From the NCBI GenBank assembly GCA_963695095.1, contig CAVOFT010000001.1:2720001-2784000 (forward strand): DNA of 64,000 bases. Direction: 5' to 3'. The DNA is from an uncultured bacterium. GTDB taxonomy: Bacteria; Krumholzibacteriota; Krumholzibacteriia; JACNKJ01. A model generated the notes under the pieces. That model did no database searches and had not been told where the DNA came from. It saw only the letters and a list, made by a program, of their open reading frames with translations. Position numbers and translations under genes: made by a program. This document shows positions 59,972 through 64,000 of this stretch, in pieces. The stretch's first letter is position 1, and the number at the start of each line of letters is the position of its first letter.

Positions 59972-60304
59972 CTAGTCCACATCCTCGTCCAGGAGCTCGT
60001 AGTCGCAGAGATCCTCGACGATGCCGTGCATCTCGATCTCGAACCACTCCTTGAAGGTCTCGAGGTCGCGGTTGCGCGGCCAGGCCGATTCGTCCGTGTG
60101 CCAGCCCCAGAGTTCGTTGGCGAAGACCTCGGCGTGGACGGCATCCAGGATGGCCTCCGCCTCCTCGTCGGACTCGAAGACCGGGATCAGGTAGACCGTC
60201 TGCTCGGCTTCGAGCTCGGGCACATCGCCGTCCTCGCCGAGCCCTGCCGCCCAGTCGAGATAGGGCTGCTTGGGGCGCACGATGAGCGCAGCGCGATTGA
60301 TCAT
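59972..60304 (-). CDS. conserved acidic hypothetical protein
   Basis: MINRAALIVRPKQPYLDW..VYLIP..ELWGW..WP..F.EWF; RBS AGGAGG. Confidence 0.75.
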   Translation of the reverse strand: MINRAALIVRPKQPYLDWAAGLGEDGDVPELEAEQTVYLIPVFESDEEAEAILDAVHAEVFANELWGWHTDESAWPRNRDLETFKEWFEIEMHGIVEDLCDYELLDEDVD

Positions 60305-60430
60305 GGCCGTCCTCCTGTCGGGCGCCTGGCCGTGGGGTCGGCGTCGGCGCCGAGACTGGCGTAGGCGAGCATGGCATCCCGGCTGCCGCCAGCGCAAGAC
60401 AAAGCCCGGAGCCCAGCCTGCGTTCGCCGC

Positions 60431-61119
60431 CTAGCCCGTGAACTTGTAGCCCACCCGGTGCACGGTGACGATCCAGCGTGGATCGGCGGCATCCTCCTCG
60501 ATCTTCGCGCGCAGCTTGGAGACGTGCATGTCCACCGTGCGCGTCAGCGGCGCCGTGTCATAGTCCCAGACGGCGTCGAGAATCTGCTCGCGGCTGAGCA
60601 CCTGGCCCGAGTGGCGCAGGAAATACTCGAGCAGGCGCAGCTCGCGCCTGGAGATCTCCACGACCTGGCCGCCCCGGCGCAGCTTGCCCTCGCCGAAATC
60701 CACCTCGATGTCGCCGAAGCGCCGGCGGCCCAGGGTGGGCTCGATCGGCGGCCGCCCCGCGGCGCGGCGCAGCACGGCCTCCACGCGCGCCAGCAGCTCG
60801 GCGAAGCTGAAGGGCTTGGTCACGTAGTCGTCGGCGCCGAGCTTGAGGCCGAGCACCTTGTCCAGCTCCTGGCTCCTGGCCGTGAGCAGGATCACCGGCA
60901 CCGTGTTGCCCGCCGCGCGCAGCTCCTTGAGGACGTCCAGGCCGCTCTTCTTGGGCAGCATGATGTCCAGCACCACGAGATCGGGGGGCTCTCGTCCAAT
61001 GCGTCGTGGGCGGCCTCGCCGTCGCCGGCCAGCTCCACCTTGTAGCCCTCGTAGGCGAAGCCGTCCATGAGCGCCGTGGCCATGGCCGGCTCGTCCTCCA
61101 CGATCAGGATTCTAGGCAT
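60431..61119 (-). CDS. OmpR/PhoB family response regulator (frameshift near 60985)
   Basis: [23 protein letters not shown] and [13 protein letters not shown]. Confidence 0.92.
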
Positions 61120-62779
61120 GCTCCTCCTTGGTGGGCGCTGCCGGCGCCGTACCCGCGGTCGGCAACTCGATTTCCCGGCCCAGGGGCAGATGCAGCGTGA
61201 AGACGCTGCCCTGCCCCAGCTCGCTGGCCACCGACACCCGGCCACCGTGAGCCTGCAGGATGTGCTCCACGATGGGCAGCCCCAGGCCGCTGCCTTTGAC
61301 GTCGTGCACGAGGCCCTTGCTCACCCGATGAAAGCGCTCGAAGATGCGCGACTGCTCCTCGCGCGGGATGCCGATGCCGTGATCGATCACCGCCAAGCGC
61401 GCTTCGCCACCCACCGCGGCGAGCGTGACGGCGATCTCGCGCGCGCCCTGCGAGTACTTGCAGGCGTTGTCCAGCAGGTTGCCCAGCGCGCGGCCCAGGG
61501 CCTCGGCGTCGCCGGCGATGAGTGGCAAAGGCGCTTCCGGCCCGCGATAGCTGACGGCGTAATCCTGAGCGGCGGGACGCTGCCGGAAGGCGGCCAGGGT
61601 CTCGGCCACCACGGCCTCCAGGCTGATCGGCGCCAGCCGGTAGCCGCGCCGTCCGCTCTCGATGCGCGAGAGGTCGAGGATGTTCTCGATCAGATGCGAG
61701 AGGCGCCTCGTCTCGGCCTCGATCGTCTCGCCATACGCGCGCACCTGGGCGGCATCCCGCGTCCGCCCGCTGCGCAACAGCTCGGCATGTACTCGAATGG
61801 AGGCCAGCGGCGTGCGCAGCTCGTGGCTCACGTTGGAAACGAAGTCCGACTTCATCGCGGACAGGCGCATGGCGCGGCGCGAGGCGCGCAGGGAAAGGAG
61901 CAGGCCACCGGTCAGGACGAGGGCCAGCAGGAGCGAGAGGCCCAGGTTGAGCGCGAAGTTGCTGCGCGCCCAGGCCTCGGCGGCGCGGCCGGAGCTGGCC
62001 AGGTGCAGGGTCCAGTCGCTGTAGAGGAAAGGCAGGGGTTTGCTGGCGATCGCCTGGGCCGATCGAGCCGCCTCGCCCAGCACCGGCGCACCCGCGGCGT
62101 CGTTGACCCAGACCCCGATGTCGCCCCTGCCCTGCGGCGGCAGGTAGGCGTAGAGCGCCTTCTCTATGATGGAGGGCAGCAGCTCCCGCCGCAGGTAGTC
62201 CTCGTCGACGACGAAGCCGGCGATGCCGACCAGCGTGCCGTTCTCATCGGTCACGGGATTGAGGAGGATGCGGTGGGCCGGATCCCCTTCGTCCACGCGC
62301 AGGGGACCGGGGGTCGCGAGCGCCCGCGTGGCGCCGCGGGCCTGCCAGGGCGCGCAGGCGATGATGATGGCCAGGCTCTCGTCCGAAGACGGCGGCGTGA
62401 CCAGGGCGCCCTCGGTCTTCCGGTAGACGAGGAAGTTGCCGAACTCGGTCCGGGTGAAGTCCACCAGGAAGACGGTGCGCGTGCCCGCCAGATCCTGGCT
62501 CTGCCAGACCTTTGCCTGCTTCTGCAGCCAGCCCTCGGTGAAGAACTCGGCCGGCACGTTGAGGAGTCGCTCGGCGCGGGCGCGGTAGTAGTACTCGAAT
62601 TCGGTGCCCACCGCTTCGAGGAAGTTGCGCAAGGTAGCTTCACGCTGCAGTGCGCCGGCCTCCCCGGCGCGCTGCAGCCAGCGATACTGGAGCGCCAGGA
62701 GCAACAGGAGTGGCGCGAGCACCGCGGCGAGTCCGATCCAACCCCCAGCACGGCGCGCGATGTTCTGCCAGCGGTCCAC
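61112..62779 (-). CDS. membrane sensor histidine kinase
   Basis: Two TM segments, H-box [27 protein letters not shown] and GSGLGL. Confidence 0.92.
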   Translation of the reverse strand: MDRWQNIARRAGGWIGLAAVLAPLLLLLALQYRWLQRAGEAGALQREATLRNFLEAVGTEFEYYYRARAERLLNVPAEFFTEGWLQKQAKVWQSQDLAGTRTVFLVDFTRTEFGNFLVYRKTEGALVTPPSSDESLAIIIACAPWQARGATRALATPGPLRVDEGDPAHRILLNPVTDENGTLVGIAGFVVDEDYLRRELLPSIIEKALYAYLPPQGRGDIGVWVNDAAGAPVLGEAARSAQAIASKPLPFLYSDWTLHLASSGRAAEAWARSNFALNLGLSLLLALVLTGGLLLSLRASRRAMRLSAMKSDFVSNVSHELRTPLASIRVHAELLRSGRTRDAAQVRAYGETIEAETRRLSHLIENILDLSRIESGRRGYRLAPISLEAVVAETLAAFRQRPAAQDYAVSYRGPEAPLPLIAGDAEALGRALGNLLDNACKYSQGAREIAVTLAAVGGEARLAVIDHGIGIPREEQSRIFERFHRVSKGLVHDVKGSGLGLPIVEHILQAHGGRVSVASELGQGSVFTLHLPLGREIELPTAGTAPAAPTKEEHA

Positions 62780-62999
62780 GATGCCTCCCCGGATGGGGAA
62801 TTCTAGCGCCCCCTGCCGCCTCGCCTGGCGGCAAAGCTCCCCGGAAGCGCTCATTTTACAGCCCCGATACAGCTTTGACAGCATTTTACCACCCTCCTCA
62901 CCCCTTTTACGGCGCCCGGCCCTACACTCCTGTCACGAGCCAAGCCGACAGCGTCACCTGCGCCATGGACGGCTCCCCACCGAAACCGAAGGAGATGCA

Positions 63000-63500
63000 A
63001 TGCAGCGAGTCACCGTTTCCCTGGCGGCCGTGCTGGTGCTCTTCCTCCTCGCCGTCTCGAGCGCGATTCCGACCTGGGCCGGCGAGTCCGAGAAGAAGTG
63101 CACGGCAAGCACCCAGGAGTGCCTGAACAAGATGACCGAGATGCTCAAGACCACCGGCTGGGTGGGCATCGAAATGGAAACGGACGAGGCCCTCGGCAAG
63201 TACCGCTTGACCAAGGTCGTTCCCGGTAGCCCTGCAGAAGCGGCCGGCCTGAAGCCCGGCGATATCCTCTTCGCCATGTACGGCATCGAGTTCAGCGAGG
63301 CCAACGGCGAGAAGCTCAAGGCCGCCCGCAAGGACTGGGCGCCCGGCCAGGAGGTGAGCTACACCATCAAGCGCGGCGACAGGGACAAGGAGATCAAGCT
63401 CACGCTGGCGCCGATGCCCGCCGATGTGATGGCCACCTGGATCGGCCGCCACATGATGGAGCACGCCCAGCTGGCCAACGTCGCCGAGGCAAAGCCCTAG
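63000..63500 (+). CDS. secreted PDZ-domain protein
   Basis: Signal peptide, GWVGIEM and VVPGSPAEAAGLKPGD; RBS AAGGAG. Confidence 0.85.
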   Translation: MQRVTVSLAAVLVLFLLAVSSAIPTWAGESEKKCTASTQECLNKMTEMLKTTGWVGIEMETDEALGKYRLTKVVPGSPAEAAGLKPGDILFAMYGIEFSEANGEKLKAARKDWAPGQEVSYTIKRGDRDKEIKLTLAPMPADVMATWIGRHMMEHAQLANVAEAKP

Positions 63501-63540
63501 GCCGGATCTGCTCCACCCTGCTCTACCTGCCAGCGCGCCC

Positions 63541-63576
63541 GAGGCCGGCCGCCCACGCGGTCGGCCTCCTTTTTCT
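63541..63576 (+). terminator. intrinsic terminator
   Basis: GAGGCCGGCCGC-CCAC-GCGGTCGGCCTC followed by CTTTTTCT. Confidence 0.8.
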
Positions 63577-63631
63577 ATCCCCCGCACGAGCTTCGCGCTA
63601 TGCATTCGGATGCAGCCAGGAGGCAGGTCCA

Positions 63632-64000
63632 ATGGCTTTCGCTCCACATCGGCGAGCGCTCGTCACCGGCGCCTCGCGGGGAATCGGGCGCGCCTGCGCC
63701 GAGGCCCTGGCCGAGGCCGGCTTCCAGGTGGCGCTGCACTTCCACCGCGAGGAGGCCGCCGCCGCTGGCCTGGCGGCGGCGCTGCCGGGCGGGCCGCACG
63801 CTGTCCTCCAGGCCAACCTTGGCGATGCCGAGGCCGCCGGCCTGCTCGTCGAGCGGGCGGCGAGCGCCCTGGGCGGGCTCGAGTTGCTCGTCAACAATGC
63901 CGGGATCTACGCGGAGCACCCGCCGCTGGGCAGCTCACCCGCGCTGTGGCGCGAGGCCTGGGAGCGCACCCTCTCCGTGAACCTGCTGGCTCCGGCCCTG
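63632..64000 (+). CDS. SDR family oxidoreductase, 3'-truncated by the window
   Basis: ALVTGASRGIG and LVNNAG; RBS AGGAGG. Confidence 0.9.
   Translation, partial: MAFAPHRRALVTGASRGIGRACAEALAEAGFQVALHFHREEAAAAGLAAALPGGPHAVLQANLGDAEAAGLLVERAASALGGLELLVNNAGIYAEHPPLGSSPALWREAWERTLSVNLLAPAL

Overview
High-GC bacterial chromosomal window with no mobile elements or CRISPR. Many housekeeping genes carry isolated frameshifts, most simply explained as long-read or assembly errors. C-terminal FlgD/T9SS-like domains, a gingipain-like protein and 'SWxxIKxLY' tails suggest an FCB-group candidate phylum such as Krumholzibacteriota or Latescibacterota (inference). Contents: radical SAM fusion, sucAB-lpdA, two MATE transporters, ArfB-like factor, RCC1-repeat protein, SIMPL protein, aldehyde dehydrogenase, tRNA-Ala and tRNA-Val, Hsp20, aminotransferase, two large secreted proteins, thiolase, aldolase, msrA, a sucrose module (ABC transporter, fructokinase, sucrose synthase, SPS-SPP), leuS, mutY, MoaB-like protein, Rrf2 regulator, SpoIIE phosphatase, CopA, ParA, a 2-oxoacid:ferredoxin oxidoreductase operon, an Fe-S oxidoreductase and a two-component system. 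Four main observations go beyond the ORF track. (1) Two UGA-recoded selenoproteins, a peroxiredoxin and a CxxU Rdx protein, each have a GGUC-loop SECIS. (2) An intergenic multi-hairpin unit has 16-nt complementarity to the 16S rRNA 3' end in front of a 14-codon ORF, with a second SD before its stop. (3) A 138-nt rod-shaped candidate ncRNA lies downstream of the Rrf2 gene. (4) Two unrelated secreted proteins share a short C-terminal candidate sorting motif.
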